From positions 27,714,001-27,778,000 of the forward strand of contig NC_086124.1 of assembly GCF_963921235.1 (NCBI RefSeq): DNA of 64,000 nt, given 5' to 3'. The notes beneath the pieces were generated by a model that saw only the letters and a program-made list of their open reading frames with translations, was not told the DNA's origin and searched no databases. A program made the position numbers and the translations under genes. This DNA is from Mobula hypostoma (lineage: Eukaryota). Positions 62,690 to 64,000 of the stretch are shown piece by piece. Within the stretch, counting starts at the first letter, position 1, and every line of letters begins with the position of its first letter.

Positions 62690-63234
62690 GTATTTGCACC
62701 TCTTTCACCTCAGACAGTTGAGGAAGTTTGGTATGGGTCCCCAAATCCTAAGAACTTTCTACAAGGGCACAACTGAGAGCATCTTGACTGGCTGCATCAC
62801 TGCCTGGTATGGGAACTGTACTTCCCTCAATCGCAGGGTTCTGCAGAGAGTGGTGCGGACAGCCCAGCGCATCTGTACTTGTGAACTCCCATGATTCAGG
62901 ACATTTGCAAAGATAGGTGTATAAAAAGGGCCCGAAGGATCGCTAGGGACCCGAGTCACCCAAACTGTTCCAGCTGCTACCATCCGGGAAATGGTACCAC
63001 AGCATAAATGCCAGGATCAACAGGCTCCGGGACAGTTTCTTCCACCAGGCCATCAGACTGATGTACTCAGGCTGATTTGAGTGTATTTCTATGTAACATT
63101 GACGATTCTATTTATTATAAGTTATTGTAAATTACTATGATTACACACAGCACATTTAGACAGAGACATAATGTAAAGATTTTTACTCATGTATGTGTAG
63201 GGCAAGACAAGATGTAAGAAATAAAGTCAATTCA
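62690..63234 (+). mobile_element. Rex1/Babar-like LINE 3' fragment running into the gap
   Basis: LFHLRQLRKFGM.PQILRTFYKGTTESILTGCITAWYGNC...LQRVVRTAQRI peptide and aataaagtcaattca tail. Confidence 0.78.
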
Positions 63235-63368
63235 NNNNNNNNNNNNNNNNNNNNNNNNNNNNNNNNNNNNNNNNNNNNNNNNNNNNNNNNNNNNNNNNNN
63301 NNNNNNNNNNNNNNNNNNNNNNNNNNNNNNNNNNNNNNNNNNNNNNNNNNNNNNNNNNNNNNNNNNNN
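63235..63368. other. Assembly gap (134 N)
   Basis: Run of N. Confidence 1.
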
Positions 63369-64000
63369 TTGGGCACCCCGGTCAAAATTTCTGTTACTGT
63401 GAATAGCTAAGTGAGTAAAAGATGAACTGATTTCCAAAAGGCATAAAGTTAAAGATGACATATTTCTTTAATATTTTAAGCAAGAAAACGTTTTTATTTC
63501 CATTTTTTACAGTTTCAAAATAACAAAAAAGGAAAAGGGCCCAAGCAAAAGTTTGGGCACCCTGCATCGTCAGTACTTAGTAACACCCCTTTTGGCAAGT
63601 ATCACAGCTTGTAAACGCTTTCTGTACCAGCTAAGAGTCTTTCAATTCTTGTTTGGGGGATTTTCGTCCATTCTTCCTTGCAAAAGGCTTCTAGTTCTGT
63701 GAGATTATTGGGTCGTCTTGCATGCACTGCTCTTTTGAGGTCTATCCACAGATTCTCGATGATGTTTAGGTCAGGGGACTGTGAGGGCCATGGCAAAACC
63801 TTCAGCTTGTGCCTCTTGAGGTATTCCATTGTGGATTTTGAGGTGTGTTTAGGACCGTTATCAGCCATCCTCTTTTCATCTCCGGCTTTTTTTACAGATG
63901 GTGTGATGTTTGCTTCCAGAATTTGCTGGTATTTAATTGAATTCATTCTTCCCTCTACCAGTAAATGTTCCCCGTGCCACCGACTGCAACACAAGCCCAA
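63369..64000 (-). mobile_element. Tc1 transposon 3' part (DDE domain and terminal repeat)
   Basis: MNSIKYQQIL...DNGPKHTSKSTMEYLK...WPSQSPDLNIIENLW..LKRAV peptide. Repeated ttgggcacc motif at 63369 and ~63553, as in IR/DR-type ends. Confidence 0.88.

Overview
Eukaryotic genomic DNA, most likely from a cartilaginous fish (ray or shark). This is inferred from the repeat landscape: CR1, Rex/Babar-like, L1 and Penelope retroelements, tRNA-derived SINEs, Tc1/pogo/Harbinger remnants and a 52-bp satellite. The only host protein-coding gene I can support is on the + strand at 1826-7708. It has three intact GT-AG exons joined in phase 1, encoding an MHC alpha1 domain, a C1-set alpha2 domain and a class-II-alpha-type CP/TM/CY segment. 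The alpha2 domain carries beta2-microglobulin-type residues (L-x5-W-x-F 'LVVESDWTF'; Phe in place of the canonical Ig C-strand Trp). That combination fits the alpha chain (WA) of the ancient MHC 'W-category' rather than classical class II alpha or beta2m. Its leader exon and expected beta-chain (WB) partner were not found in the window. The remaining ~56 kb is mostly fragmented transposable elements and tandem repeats. Penelope 3' ends carry minimal type I hammerhead ribozyme motifs, including short copies flanked by target-site duplications (TSDs). A few unique islands (a candidate promoter at ~60.3 kb, candidate exons or UTR at ~21.5, ~32, ~37.5 and ~52 kb) could not be assigned. There is a 134-N assembly gap at 63235-63368. 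Repeat boundaries are approximate unless a TSD is quoted.
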